This document shows positions 15,931 through 25,619 of a stretch of 64,000 bases of DNA, piece by piece. The stretch is from assembly GCA_943846765.1 (NCBI GenBank), contig OX044369.1, forward strand, positions 1,832,715-1,896,714, written 5' to 3'. The stretch's first letter is position 1. The number at the start of each line of letters is the position of its first letter. The DNA is from an uncultured Arenicella sp. (GTDB lineage Bacteria; Pseudomonadota; Gammaproteobacteria; Arenicellales; Arenicellaceae). A model generated the notes under the pieces. The model was not told where the DNA came from. It was given only the letters and a program-made list of their open reading frames with translations, and made no database searches. Position numbers and translations under genes: made by a program.

Positions 15931-17004
15931 ATGCATACAAAAAATGATCTTTATCTGCGCGCATTGCGTGGAGAACGAGTAGAACGAACTCCAATTTGGG
16001 TAATGCGCCAAGCAGGCCGTTATCTGCCAGACTATCGAGCGACTCGTGCGCGCGCGGGCGATTTTCTTACCTTGTGTAAAACTCCAGAAATGGCGTGTGA
16101 GGTAACTCTTCAGCCGATCGACCACTTTGGATTGGACGCCGCTATCCTGTTTTCTGACATTCTGACTATTCCTGATGCTATGGGCTTAGAGCTGGTTTTA
16201 GAGGAAGGGGTAGGCCCGGTTTTTCAAAAACCATTAATGGGCGCAGCTGACATAAACGAACTGGCCGTACCTGACATGCATGCGGACCTTGGCTACGTTA
16301 TGGATGCAGTCGCGCTGATCCGTCGTGAGCTCAATGATCGAGTGCCCCTGATAGGTTTTACAGGTAGTCCGTGGACGCTCGCAAGCTACATGGTAGAAGG
16401 TAAAGGCAGTAAGGATTTTGCTAAAGTAAAAGGCTTAATGTTTGGTGAGCCTGAGTTGATGCATACTCTATTGAATGTTGTTACTGACGCGGTAATAGAG
16501 TATCTAAGGGCTCAAGTTCGCGCAGGTGTTCAGTCTCTAATGGTTTTTGATACTTGGGGAGGCATGCTATCTACCGCCGCGTTTAAAACATTTTCGTTGG
16601 CCTACATGCAACGCATAGTTACGGCTATTAAGTCTGACTCAGACTGTAAGGACGTACCGATCGTGCTGTTTACCAAAGGCGGTGGGCAGTGGTTAGAGAT
16701 GCTTGCGGATACCGGTTGTGATGGTCTTGGTTTGGATTGGACTATAGATATTGCTCAGGCAAAACAGCGAGTCGGTGACAGAGTGATTCTGCAAGGCAAT
16801 ATGGATCCAGTGGTTATGAGTACTACTGGTGCTGCAGTTGAATCACAAGCACGAGCCGTTCTAGATGGTTATGGACAGGTTGGTGCGCAAGACCGTGGAC
16901 ACATTTTTAATCTTGGGCACGGGATTCAACCGACAGCCAAACCAGATAACATGCGAGTGTTAGTGGAAACAGTTAAATCGTACAGCCCTTCATTTCATTC
17001 ATAG
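15931..17004 (+). CDS. hemE: Uroporphyrinogen decarboxylase
   Basis: The PIWVMRQAGRYLPDYR signature and 357 aa. Confidence 0.95.
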   Translation: MHTKNDLYLRALRGERVERTPIWVMRQAGRYLPDYRATRARAGDFLTLCKTPEMACEVTLQPIDHFGLDAAILFSDILTIPDAMGLELVLEEGVGPVFQKPLMGAADINELAVPDMHADLGYVMDAVALIRRELNDRVPLIGFTGSPWTLASYMVEGKGSKDFAKVKGLMFGEPELMHTLLNVVTDAVIEYLRAQVRAGVQSLMVFDTWGGMLSTAAFKTFSLAYMQRIVTAIKSDSDCKDVPIVLFTKGGGQWLEMLADTGCDGLGLDWTIDIAQAKQRVGDRVILQGNMDPVVMSTTGAAVESQARAVLDGYGQVGAQDRGHIFNLGHGIQPTAKPDNMRVLVETVKSYSPSFHS

Positions 17005-17161
17005 GGTTTTAGCCGGGATACAGTTGAGTTTGTTCTTGGCGGAGTGCGCTTTGGCCCCTATATTCGGACTCGATGGGTAGAGTCAAATGACCGTTAGTCG
17101 TGCTTAGTGCGGCGAAATGCCCCAAAAGCTTGAATTTGATGCCCTCCTAGGGTTAGTGTAG

Positions 17162-17641
17162 TTGCCGATGATAAATTTCAGTCAGATAGAAGCCGACATT
17201 TTTTTAGGTTCGGCGCCGCTCAACGGCGTAGATGTGGCTCGTCTTAAACAGATGAAAATCACATCGGTGGTGTCGTTACAGAGCGATGACGATTTGAAAA
17301 CACACCGAATCGACTGGAAGAAGTTACAGGCCGCATACAAATACAACGGCATAGTGGCGCAACGTTTTCCGATTACTGATTTTGATGAGCATGATTTAGG
17401 CGAGAGACTCCCAACGGCGGTATTGGGCTTGCATACGCTACTTACAGAAGGACACCGAATCTATGCGCATTGCAATGCGGGGGTGTGTCGAGCGCCCGCC
17501 ACAGTCCTTACGTATTTGTGTCATTACCGAGGAATGGATATTGATAAAGGTTTGGCCTATATTCGTCGTGCGCGACCACAAGTAAATCCATACCGTTCAG
17601 CCGTAGAAAAAGCACTTAAAGAACTAAAAGACGAATTCTAG
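17162..17641 (+). CDS. Dual-specificity (Cys-based) protein phosphatase family protein
   Basis: HCNAGVCRAP equals the CX5R P-loop with the preceding His, in a size (159 aa) typical of a DSP catalytic domain. Start is TTG 17162 or ATG 17168. Confidence 0.7.
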   Translation: MPMINFSQIEADIFLGSAPLNGVDVARLKQMKITSVVSLQSDDDLKTHRIDWKKLQAAYKYNGIVAQRFPITDFDEHDLGERLPTAVLGLHTLLTEGHRIYAHCNAGVCRAPATVLTYLCHYRGMDIDKGLAYIRRARPQVNPYRSAVEKALKELKDEF

Positions 17642-17713
17642 ATATCTTGTTTAGGTATCGATGTGGGTAATGTCGGGGTAGGTATTGGTGCGGTCAATAC
17701 AGTCGCGAGACTA

Positions 17714-18352
17714 TTAGTCGACCAATTTTTCTGCACGCAAGAAGTCGAGCACTAAGTCCCGAACTTCTGGCTGAGCAGCCGCAGTTGGGTGAAGTCCATC
17801 AGCTTGAATGTAGTTATCTTTCAGAAAAAACTCTTCTCGATAAAAATCAAATAGCGGTACTTCGAATTCTGCAGCTAGGTCCTTATATACAGCTCTAAAC
17901 GAATCGATGTAACGCGGTCCATACGTAGGTGGCACCGAAATTCCGATTAATACGAGGTCGATATCACGGTTGCGTATCTGCGTGATCATCCCACGCAAAT
18001 TTTCTTTGAGCAGGTCAACAGACCCTCCGCGCAAACCATCATTGGCGCCTAGCTCTAGCAACACTAAGTCGGGCTCTAATTCATCCAGGGTTACTTCAAT
18101 TCGTGCAAGGCCACCACTGCTGGTTTCCCCAGAAATGCTCGCATTAATCAAAGTATGGTCTGTGCCAAGCTCAGCTTGAAGTAACTCTACCCAGCCATCC
18201 TTAGGGTTGATACCGTAACCTGCGCTTAGACTGTCGCCATATACTAATAGGCTCTTGCTATGAGTAAGTTGAGCTGCGCACAGGCAAGCGAGTATGACCG
18301 CCGCTGTGCGGACAAATGAAAAAGTAATGCGGCGATAAATCCAGAACTGCAT
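17714..18352 (-). CDS. tesA: SGNH/GDSL arylesterase / acyl-CoA thioesterase I-like
   Basis: Signal peptide, then the LVYGDSLSAGYG block I. The GANDGLRG block and DGLHP block V are also present. Confidence 0.8.
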   Translation of the reverse strand: MQFWIYRRITFSFVRTAAVILACLCAAQLTHSKSLLVYGDSLSAGYGINPKDGWVELLQAELGTDHTLINASISGETSSGGLARIEVTLDELEPDLVLLELGANDGLRGGSVDLLKENLRGMITQIRNRDIDLVLIGISVPPTYGPRYIDSFRAVYKDLAAEFEVPLFDFYREEFFLKDNYIQADGLHPTAAAQPEVRDLVLDFLRAEKLVD

Positions 18353-18463
18353 GAATAGATATTAAACGGTTACGACGGGCATCTATTTTATCGGAGGTTT
18401 TGAAGAGCAATGTGACGGCAGCTCGGCTTATGCTGTAATTAACGCCGCAACATAGGCTGCAAC

Positions 18464-19450
18464 TCATGCTGCAACAAGCGCTACCAAAATTTGTCTTGGC
18501 CGGTCGCCGCTAAAAGGTCTGCGACCATGCATGGTTAGCTTGTTGTCAATTAAAGCCACGTCGCCGTCTTGCCATGGAACATCAAACGTAAAGTCGTGGC
18601 TTAATTTTACAATAAGCTCCAGGCCTGAGGCCGGGATATGTGATCCATCGCCAAATGTGAGTGCGCTTGAAGGGTCTTCTTTTACCCCTTTCCAGCCCAG
18701 ATAAGCGGCAACTAATTGATTGTATAAAACCTTGGCGCCATTATCGAGCACTCGTACAGCAGGCAGTATTGGCGTAGTTGCTTTAAGACTGCCATCGTCT
18801 TGCCATTCCCAGGTGTAACCTAGCTTTTTTAGTTTTGCTTCGCCCTCTTCTTTGCTGTCAACACTTAGGGTGTTTTTCCAGCTACGTCCTTGCCCGCTAT
18901 CATGGTCATTTGCGGCTGGCATATGGGTAGTGTACTTAACGCCTTTGCTTGCAAGCTCTTGAGCTAGTTCAGGCTCGGCTTTCTCAAGCGCAGTGTAGAG
19001 CTGATCTGATCGGCAGATAGGTGACGCGCCACCTTTCTCAGCTGCGCTTTTACAAAAGAAGAAGAGCTTGTCAGGTGAGATCGGCGTTTGTGCCATCTCG
19101 TGATGCAAGAATATCTCAACGTCTTTGGGCGCCTCATTGGCCGTGAAAACTCTTTCTGTAAAGTTAATTCGAACGGCGTTAGAAAGTGACTCTTGATACG
19201 TAAAGCTTGGGTAATCAAATGCGCCTGAAAAGGTATCAAAGGTTTCGGCACTATCAACAGGAAACCCTCTAAACAAAATTGTTCCCGAGCTAGCGAGATC
19301 ATTTTCTATTTGGCTTTTGTTTTTTTTAATCCACTCGCAAGCTTGTTCTAGGCTTTCTAGAGACGCGGGTGCTTTGACCACAATTGGGAACGGCCCGTCA
19401 GCAAATTCGAGTTGGTGGTCTACAGCAACTGTTGGTAGAGAAAGTGTCAT
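18464..19450 (-). CDS. Fe(II)/2-oxoglutarate dioxygenase, TauD/TfdA-clavaminate-synthase-like
   Basis: ILFRGFP N-terminal block, a HHE (HxE) facial triad candidate, and a distal LTMHGRRPF (His + Arg). 328 aa. Confidence 0.65.
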   Translation of the reverse strand: MTLSLPTVAVDHQLEFADGPFPIVVKAPASLESLEQACEWIKKNKSQIENDLASSGTILFRGFPVDSAETFDTFSGAFDYPSFTYQESLSNAVRINFTERVFTANEAPKDVEIFLHHEMAQTPISPDKLFFFCKSAAEKGGASPICRSDQLYTALEKAEPELAQELASKGVKYTTHMPAANDHDSGQGRSWKNTLSVDSKEEGEAKLKKLGYTWEWQDDGSLKATTPILPAVRVLDNGAKVLYNQLVAAYLGWKGVKEDPSSALTFGDGSHIPASGLELIVKLSHDFTFDVPWQDGDVALIDNKLTMHGRRPFSGDRPRQILVALVAA

Positions 19451-19480
19451 AGCGAATCCTTGTTTTAGGCAAGAAGAGGT

Positions 19481-20452
19481 TTAATCGTAGATTGGAAAAA
19501 AGGTATTGAACGCGGCTTCGCAAAACTCACCGGGATCGTTAAATCTACGATCCGCGTTGAGTGCTGATATGTCGAGCATTTCTTGTTTGCTGAGTTCAAA
19601 ATCGAAGATGTCTTGGTTTTCAAGCATCCGTTCAGGCCTACTAGTCTTAGGAATGATAGCGGTTCCACGCTGAACTCCCCATCTAAGTACTACCTGAGCG
19701 GGTGTTTTACCATGTCTTTTTGCGGCATTTTGAACAACCGACTTGTCTAACACCGATTCTGTTTTCTCGGCCATATCTAACTCAACGTATGAAAGAGCGC
19801 CGAGCGGAGAAAAGGCAGTGATTTCGATACTGTGCTCATGGCATAAACGCAGGAGCTTATCTTGAGTTAGGTACGGGTGAGACTCGACCTGAAGCATCGC
19901 CGGTTTAATTTTTGCGTAATTGAGCAGGTCTTGCATAAGCCCGGTATTGTAGTTACACACACCAATATGTTTACTCTTCTGCGTCTCTACTAATGCTTCC
20001 ATAGCTCTCCAAGTATCCATTAGCGGTACGGGTGCTCTGCGCATTCCCTGTTCAGGTTTGCTAGGGTCGAACAACCACTCTGCAGGATAACGAGTTTCAA
20101 AAGGCACATACTCCAGCGCAATCGGAAAGTGTACGAGATACAAGTCTATGTAGTCCAGTTGTAAGTCACTAAGCGTTTTATCTAATGCTAATTCAACGTG
20201 TTCAGGTGCGTGATACGTGTTCCAAAGCTTAGAAGTAACCCATAGGTCTGACCGTGAGCAGAGCCCGTCTGCTATGGCTTTCTTAATACCTTCACCCACT
20301 TCTTTTTCGTTACCGTAATCGCTCGCACTGTCTAAGTGTCGGTAGCCTGCGGCTATCGCTGCGTACACTGCGTCGGCACAGTCTTGGGGGGCTATCTTCC
20401 ATAAGCCAAAACCGACGAGCGGCATATTAATTGTATTGTGAGTCTTTTGCAT
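19481..20452 (-). CDS. Aldo/keto reductase, very similar in motif order to fungal D-xylose reductases (AKR2-like)
   Basis: PLVGFGLWKI, LDSASDYGNE (Asp/Tyr), SKLWNT (Lys), YLVHFP (His), LQVESHPYL, IIPKTSRPERMLEN. From memory it is collinear with yeast XYL1. Confidence 0.8.
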   Translation of the reverse strand: MQKTHNTINMPLVGFGLWKIAPQDCADAVYAAIAAGYRHLDSASDYGNEKEVGEGIKKAIADGLCSRSDLWVTSKLWNTYHAPEHVELALDKTLSDLQLDYIDLYLVHFPIALEYVPFETRYPAEWLFDPSKPEQGMRRAPVPLMDTWRAMEALVETQKSKHIGVCNYNTGLMQDLLNYAKIKPAMLQVESHPYLTQDKLLRLCHEHSIEITAFSPLGALSYVELDMAEKTESVLDKSVVQNAAKRHGKTPAQVVLRWGVQRGTAIIPKTSRPERMLENQDIFDFELSKQEMLDISALNADRRFNDPGEFCEAAFNTFFPIYD

Positions 20453-20492
20453 AGTGAGAAAAGGGCTGTCTATTGAGCGAATTTGCGTTATT

Positions 20493-20508
20493 GTATCTTA
20501 TATAAGAC
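20493..20508. promoter_or_regulatory. Operator-like palindrome GTATCTTATATAAGAC (core TCTTATATAAGA) in the AKR/GntR divergent promoter
   Basis: A perfect 12-bp palindrome. The identical 16-mer (reverse complement) recurs at 25486..25501. Confidence 0.55.
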
Positions 20509-20625
20509 CTGCATGATAATATAAAAATCAACGTGATGTTGCTAGAGTGTTGACTGAATTGTTTGCATAACTCAGTCTATGAGGTTATCCAACTTAATGC
20601 TGTCTAATCAAAGACTACGAATTCT

Positions 20626-21339
20626 ATGAGTACCAGTTTCCAGCCACTATATAAACAGGTCTACGATGTACTAACCCAGAGATTGCAAGAGGGTTACTGG
20701 AAGCCTGGAGATCTTTTACCCAGCGAATTTGCTCTTGCTGATGAATTGGGGGTTAGCCAGGGGACCGTACGTAAAGCGTTAAACCAATTGGTGACCGAAT
20801 ATTTATTAGACAGACAACAAGGCAAGGGTACCTTTGTTGCGGAGCACACCCAAGAAAGTTCATTGTTTCGTTTCTTTCGCTGGCGTGAGCCTGGAGGCGA
20901 AAAACTTATTCCAGAAACCACGGTCATCAGCCAGTCTCGAAAGTCAGCCAATGTTGATCAACAGCAAAAGCTCGGGCTGCCGGCCGGTGCTGAGATTAAT
21001 GAGTTAGTGAGAGTTAGGTCATTGCTAGACCAGATCACTTTATTAGAATTTGTGGTTCAGCCTCTATCGGTATTTCCTGACATTGATCTGGTTAAGGAAT
21101 TACCTAATTCGCTCTATACCTTGTATCAAGAACGCTACGGAATTTCGATCATTAGCGCTCGTGATGAGCTCCGCGCAGAAGCATTGCCAAAGAAATTTGC
21201 TAAGCATTTAAATCTACCGCCTCAACATCCTGTATTGGTCGTAGAGCGTCTTAGCATCAATATTGATGGCAGAGCGGTTGAATACAGTACGGCTTATTGC
21301 AGTACTGAATCATTTTCATACGTCGTTAATTTGAAGTAA
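20626..21339 (+). CDS. GntR-family (HutC/UTRA-like) transcriptional regulator
   Basis: An N-terminal winged HTH (LPSEFALADELGVSQGTVRKAL) and a C-terminal UTRA-like domain. 237 aa. Confidence 0.85.
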   Translation: MSTSFQPLYKQVYDVLTQRLQEGYWKPGDLLPSEFALADELGVSQGTVRKALNQLVTEYLLDRQQGKGTFVAEHTQESSLFRFFRWREPGGEKLIPETTVISQSRKSANVDQQQKLGLPAGAEINELVRVRSLLDQITLLEFVVQPLSVFPDIDLVKELPNSLYTLYQERYGISIISARDELRAEALPKKFAKHLNLPPQHPVLVVERLSINIDGRAVEYSTAYCSTESFSYVVNLK

Positions 21340-21399
21340 GTGAGTTCTTTGTCTTATTCCATCTACGGCTTTAGCCACCTCTAGTTTTATAGTCTTCTT

Positions 21400-23556
21400 A
21401 TGAGTAATTTAACCCGTGATTATTTAACGAGCGATTACATGCGCTCTCCAGACTGGAATACAGTACAACCGTTGAACCTTCGCGACGAACTTGTGTTGCA
21501 AGACGATAATTCGGTGCGGTTAAACACCGGTGATGAAATTTTGGAACTTAGATTTTTGGAGATCGAAGGCAACGTTGCTCTACGACTATCTTCTGTTCCT
21601 CATCAACGAGTTGAATATGGAATGCTCGTTCTTGATGCCCCAATCCTAAAACCAGAAATCGTAACCAGCGATCAAGGAGTTGAGCTTTGTGTGCGGGACT
21701 GCACGGTTCGTTTAGGCTTTAATCCCTTCACCATAGAGGTTGAGCGATCGGGAGAGGCTCATGCCCTCAAGTCGCCCACAGACAGCCATTTTGAGCGAGT
21801 TCATCGTTTGCCGCCATTGTCTAAAACGGATGAGGGTTGGTTGTTAAGCCTGAACCTAAGCTCAAACCAAAGCGTTTTTGGTCTAGGTGAAAAGTGGGGC
21901 AAGCTGGATAAGCGTGGCCAAATAATACGTTCTTACAACCATGACGCACTCGGTGTAAATGCTGAGGTGTCGTATAAGAACACGCCCTTTTGTTGGACTC
22001 ATGAAGGCTGGGGGGTCTTTGTTCATACGCCTGCGCCGGTTACCCATGCGGTAGGCTACGCTCCGTGGTCCCAACGCAGCTATGTGTTGTTGGTCGAGGA
22101 TGACTGCCTAGATGTATTTTTCTTCCTGACTAATGCGAGCTCCGAAAAACACAATGCTGGCGCGGACATTTTGAGTCAATATACAGCGCTTACCGGTCGA
22201 GCACCTGTTCCACCGTTGTGGAGCACAGGCGTCATTCTTTCTAAGGCCTACTATAAGACTAGCGAAGAAATTTTAGAGGTGGCGCATGAGGTACGTGAGC
22301 GGCACATGCCGTGCGACGTTATTACTTTTGACGGTCGCGCCTGGCAAGACACTCAAACACGATTTGCGTTTGAATGGGATGCAGCACGATACCCAGACCC
22401 TAAGGCGGTTATAGATGAACTCAAGGCGCTTAATTTTAAGATTTGTGTTTGGGAATACCCACTAGTTTCTACTCAGCACCCTTGGTTCAAAGAGTTTGCC
22501 AGTAAGAGGTGGTTGTTAACCGATCGGCGCACTGGTGATGCTTATGAATACGAATGGGATCAGCAGGCTTTTGGCAGTGTACTAACACCACTTCCCAATT
22601 CAGGCATTGTTGATTTTACTCACCCCGACGCCTACATCTTCTGGCGCGATGCGCACAAGCCATTGTTTGAAATGGGTGTTGACATGATTAAGGCCGATTT
22701 TGGCGAACAGCTAGAAGACGATAATATGCTGGCGTCCAATGGTGAGTCTGGCAGAGCACTGCACAACGTGTATGCGCATTTATATAATCGTTGCGTCTAC
22801 GAGGCCGCCGAGCTCTATTCACCGTCTGGGCCATTTCTATTCTCGCGCGCGAGTTGGATCGGGTGCCAGCGTTTTAACAGTCAATGGGGTGGCGACCCCC
22901 AGGCTGACTGGGAAGGCATGATTTCAAACATTCGTGGCGGTTTGTCTTGGGGAATGAGTGGCGCGCCCTTTTATGCCACGGATGTTGGCGGCTTTTATAA
23001 GGATCGTCGCGACGACACGCTCTACGTTAGATGGGCACAGGTAGGTATTTTCTCCGCCCACTTTAGATTGCACGGCATAGGCGCAAGAGAGCCGTGGTCG
23101 TATTCAGAGGCTGCCGATGCAGCTGTGAGTAGGGCATTACGCCTACGTTATCGCCTTCAAGCATATCTCTACAAATCAATGACTCAGGCGAGTAAAACCG
23201 GGTTGCCGGTTCAGCGCAGTATGGCTCTCGCACTACCAGCTGAAAAACAGGCATGGGCGTTTGAGAATCAGTTTATGTGCGGTGACGACTTATTGGTGGT
23301 TCCGTGCTTTGATCCTGATGGTTGGGTTGAGCTTTATTTGCCTGATGGTCATTGGTATCCGTTTGAGCCTGATGTTGACCACAGTCACGATGTCTTGCTA
23401 GGTCAGAAGGTCTATAGACGCCAGCTTGCGCTGGACGAGATCGCCGTTTTTGCACGATCTGGAACCAGAATTGAACTGAGTCCTGACCGAGAGTTTACGG
23501 GTGACGAACAGCAACCCGCCGTGGAGAAAACCTGGATTGCGACGTCTAAGAACTAA
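21400..23556 (+). CDS. Glycoside hydrolase family 31 (alpha-xylosidase/alpha-glucosidase-like)
   Basis: GVDMIKADFGE (nucleophile Asp), QWGGDPQADW (acid/base Asp), and DVITFDGRAWQD...FEWD plus CVWEYP blocks collinear with YicI-type enzymes. Confidence 0.8.
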   Translation: MSNLTRDYLTSDYMRSPDWNTVQPLNLRDELVLQDDNSVRLNTGDEILELRFLEIEGNVALRLSSVPHQRVEYGMLVLDAPILKPEIVTSDQGVELCVRDCTVRLGFNPFTIEVERSGEAHALKSPTDSHFERVHRLPPLSKTDEGWLLSLNLSSNQSVFGLGEKWGKLDKRGQIIRSYNHDALGVNAEVSYKNTPFCWTHEGWGVFVHTPAPVTHAVGYAPWSQRSYVLLVEDDCLDVFFFLTNASSEKHNAGADILSQYTALTGRAPVPPLWSTGVILSKAYYKTSEEILEVAHEVRERHMPCDVITFDGRAWQDTQTRFAFEWDAARYPDPKAVIDELKALNFKICVWEYPLVSTQHPWFKEFASKRWLLTDRRTGDAYEYEWDQQAFGSVLTPLPNSGIVDFTHPDAYIFWRDAHKPLFEMGVDMIKADFGEQLEDDNMLASNGESGRALHNVYAHLYNRCVYEAAELYSPSGPFLFSRASWIGCQRFNSQWGGDPQADWEGMISNIRGGLSWGMSGAPFYATDVGGFYKDRRDDTLYVRWAQVGIFSAHFRLHGIGAREPWSYSEAADAAVSRALRLRYRLQAYLYKSMTQASKTGLPVQRSMALALPAEKQAWAFENQFMCGDDLLVVPCFDPDGWVELYLPDGHWYPFEPDVDHSHDVLLGQKVYRRQLALDEIAVFARSGTRIELSPDREFTGDEQQPAVEKTWIATSKN

Positions 23557-23573
23557 GTATCTTATTAAGTATC
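23557..23573. promoter_or_regulatory. Degenerate copy of the island operator (GTATCTTAT-TAAGTATC) upstream of the symporter gene
   Basis: It matches the 16-mer at 20493 except for a 1-nt deletion and the 3' end. AAGTATC recurs at ~23589. Confidence 0.3.
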
Positions 23574-23720
23574 AAAATAGCGATCAAAGTAAGTATCAAA
23601 ACTGGTTGTTAACTAATAGTTGCCAACAATAGAGCCACAAAAAAAAATTATAAGAATCGCACCAATGTGCGACAGATAAAAAGAGCAGCTATAGCTCAAA
23701 AATTTAAAAGAGGGAGATGT

Positions 23721-25433
23721 ATGGAGTCTGATCAAATATTTTTTACGTTGTTATCTTGCGTGTTTTTCATGGGATTAGTGGGGTGGATCTCATATCAAAA
23801 AACTAAAGGTAGTGTTGACGACAAAGACGGCTACTTTTTAGCAGGCCGAGGATTAACTGGCATATTTATTGCAGGCTCTATGCTATTGACCAATCTATCG
23901 GCAGAGCAGCTGATAGGCCTAAACGGGTCGGCATACGGCTACAACATGAGCGCAATGGCCTGGGAAGTGACAGCCGGATTTGCCACAATTGTTATGGCGA
24001 TTTTGTTTTTACCTCGATATCTCGCTGGCGCTTTTACGACGTTACCGGGATTTTTAAAAAACCGCTTTGACGACGACGTAAGGCGACTCACCGTTATTCT
24101 ATTTATGGTCGGCTACGGTTTAGTAACCATACCCTCAATACTCTATTCTGGCTCCGTTGCTGTCTTGAGGCTATTTGATGTTCCGAGTTTACTCAATATT
24201 AACTACGAGCCAGCACTGTACCTAACGGTATTGGCAGTGGGCAGTATCGGTTCGATTTATGCCGTTTTTGGTGGTCTAAAAGCAGTGGTTGTGTCGGATA
24301 CCATTAACGGTATTGGATTGCTGATTATAGGCTTGTTAGTGCCGACTCTCGGATTGATCGTGTTGGGCGACGGCAGCTTTGTTGAAGGTTTGACCATAGT
24401 TGCTACGACCGAAACGCATAAACTGAATGCGGTAGGATCAGCAACTGATCCAGTGCCTTTTGGTACCATTTTTACGGGCATGATCTTCGCTAATCTATTT
24501 TATTGGGGTACTAACCAATATGTGATTCAACGAACACTAGGGGCGGCGAGTTTAGCCGAAGGTCAGAAGGGGGTTTTACTCTCTGGCTATTTCAAGCTGC
24601 TCGTCCCTTTTATGATGATGATTCCTGGGATCATCGCTTTCCATTTATATTCAAACTCAGGTCAAGAATTACTCTCCATCGATTTAGCTTATCCGCAGCT
24701 GGTTAAGGACGTGCTTCCACTCTATTTGTCGGGTTTCTTTCTAGCCGTATTGCTTGGCGCGGTCTTTAGCTCGTTCAACTCCCTGCTAAATAGCGCGGCC
24801 ACCTTGTTCGTGCTCGATGTCTATCAGCCACTAGTAAAGAGCGAGCTTTCCGACGCACAGCTAATTAAAGTGGCAAAGATTGCAAGCGTGGTCATTGCAT
24901 TGTTTTCTTTTATGGTCGCACCACTATTACAGTACGCACCAGAAGGTCTATGGCAGATCATTAGAATTTTTACGGGCTTTTACAACATTCCAGTCATCGC
25001 AGTTGTATTGGTCGGTCTGTTTACGCAAAGAGTGCCTGCCCTCGGTGCCAAGATCGCCATTATCTTCCACGTATTCGCTTACGCGCTACTTAAGTTTGTG
25101 CTGGATGTCGAGCTAAACTTCATTCACATTTACGCTGTTTTATTCTTTATCGAAGTAGGAATAATGCTGTTGGTCGGACATTTTCGACCAACCACCACAG
25201 ACTGGACTTACGACAACGAGGCTAAAGTAAGTCTCGTGCCTTGGCGCTACGCTTACCCTGCTAGCTTTGTGCTGCTGGCAGGCATAGCACTAAGTTACGT
25301 GCTGTTCTCGCCTGTTGGGCTGGTTGATGGCCTTAGCGATTCGTTTTGGTATTACGTGGGAGCGATTATTCTTACAACGGTTGTTGCGTGTCGCTTGGCG
25401 TTGAAGCGTTACGACAGTCAACGTAACGTTTGA
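23721..25433 (+). CDS. Sodium:solute symporter (SSS/SGLT family)
   Basis: About 13-14 TM helices and SSS blocks (GRGLTGIFIAGSMLLTNLSAEQLIGLNG, TNQYVIQR). ATG 23721 follows AGGGAG. The GTG 23667 extension is unlikely. Confidence 0.8.
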   Translation: MESDQIFFTLLSCVFFMGLVGWISYQKTKGSVDDKDGYFLAGRGLTGIFIAGSMLLTNLSAEQLIGLNGSAYGYNMSAMAWEVTAGFATIVMAILFLPRYLAGAFTTLPGFLKNRFDDDVRRLTVILFMVGYGLVTIPSILYSGSVAVLRLFDVPSLLNINYEPALYLTVLAVGSIGSIYAVFGGLKAVVVSDTINGIGLLIIGLLVPTLGLIVLGDGSFVEGLTIVATTETHKLNAVGSATDPVPFGTIFTGMIFANLFYWGTNQYVIQRTLGAASLAEGQKGVLLSGYFKLLVPFMMMIPGIIAFHLYSNSGQELLSIDLAYPQLVKDVLPLYLSGFFLAVLLGAVFSSFNSLLNSAATLFVLDVYQPLVKSELSDAQLIKVAKIASVVIALFSFMVAPLLQYAPEGLWQIIRIFTGFYNIPVIAVVLVGLFTQRVPALGAKIAIIFHVFAYALLKFVLDVELNFIHIYAVLFFIEVGIMLLVGHFRPTTTDWTYDNEAKVSLVPWRYAYPASFVLLAGIALSYVLFSPVGLVDGLSDSFWYYVGAIILTTVVACRLALKRYDSQRNV

Positions 25434-25485
25434 TCACCTAAAATTTAATGCGATTTACTCTTCTAGATCTTTGTCTAGATTATAT

Positions 25486-25501
25486 GTCTTATATAAGATA
25501 C
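25486..25501. promoter_or_regulatory. Operator-like palindrome GTCTTATATAAGATAC upstream of the TonB-dependent receptor gene
   Basis: It is the exact reverse complement of 20493..20508. The adjacent TCTAGATCTTTGTCTAGA (25462..25479) is a second repeat-rich element. Confidence 0.55.
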
Positions 25502-25619
25502 TATAACCGTACAAGATGGCTAATCGAAGCTCGTCTTATTACCCGCTAGAACCAAGCAGAATAGTAAATTCGGCACGATTTAGCGGAGACTTATCAATAG
25601 AATTTATGGAGGAGGAGTG

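Noticed and set aside
21400-23556. Calling the GH31 enzyme a canonical sulfoquinovosidase (YihQ/SmoI type).
   Set aside because: The loop after the FDG...WQD block has alpha-xylosidase-like length. It lacks the Q-x12-R-x2-W arrangement I recall for sulfonate recognition. The idea is kept only as a hypothesis to test.
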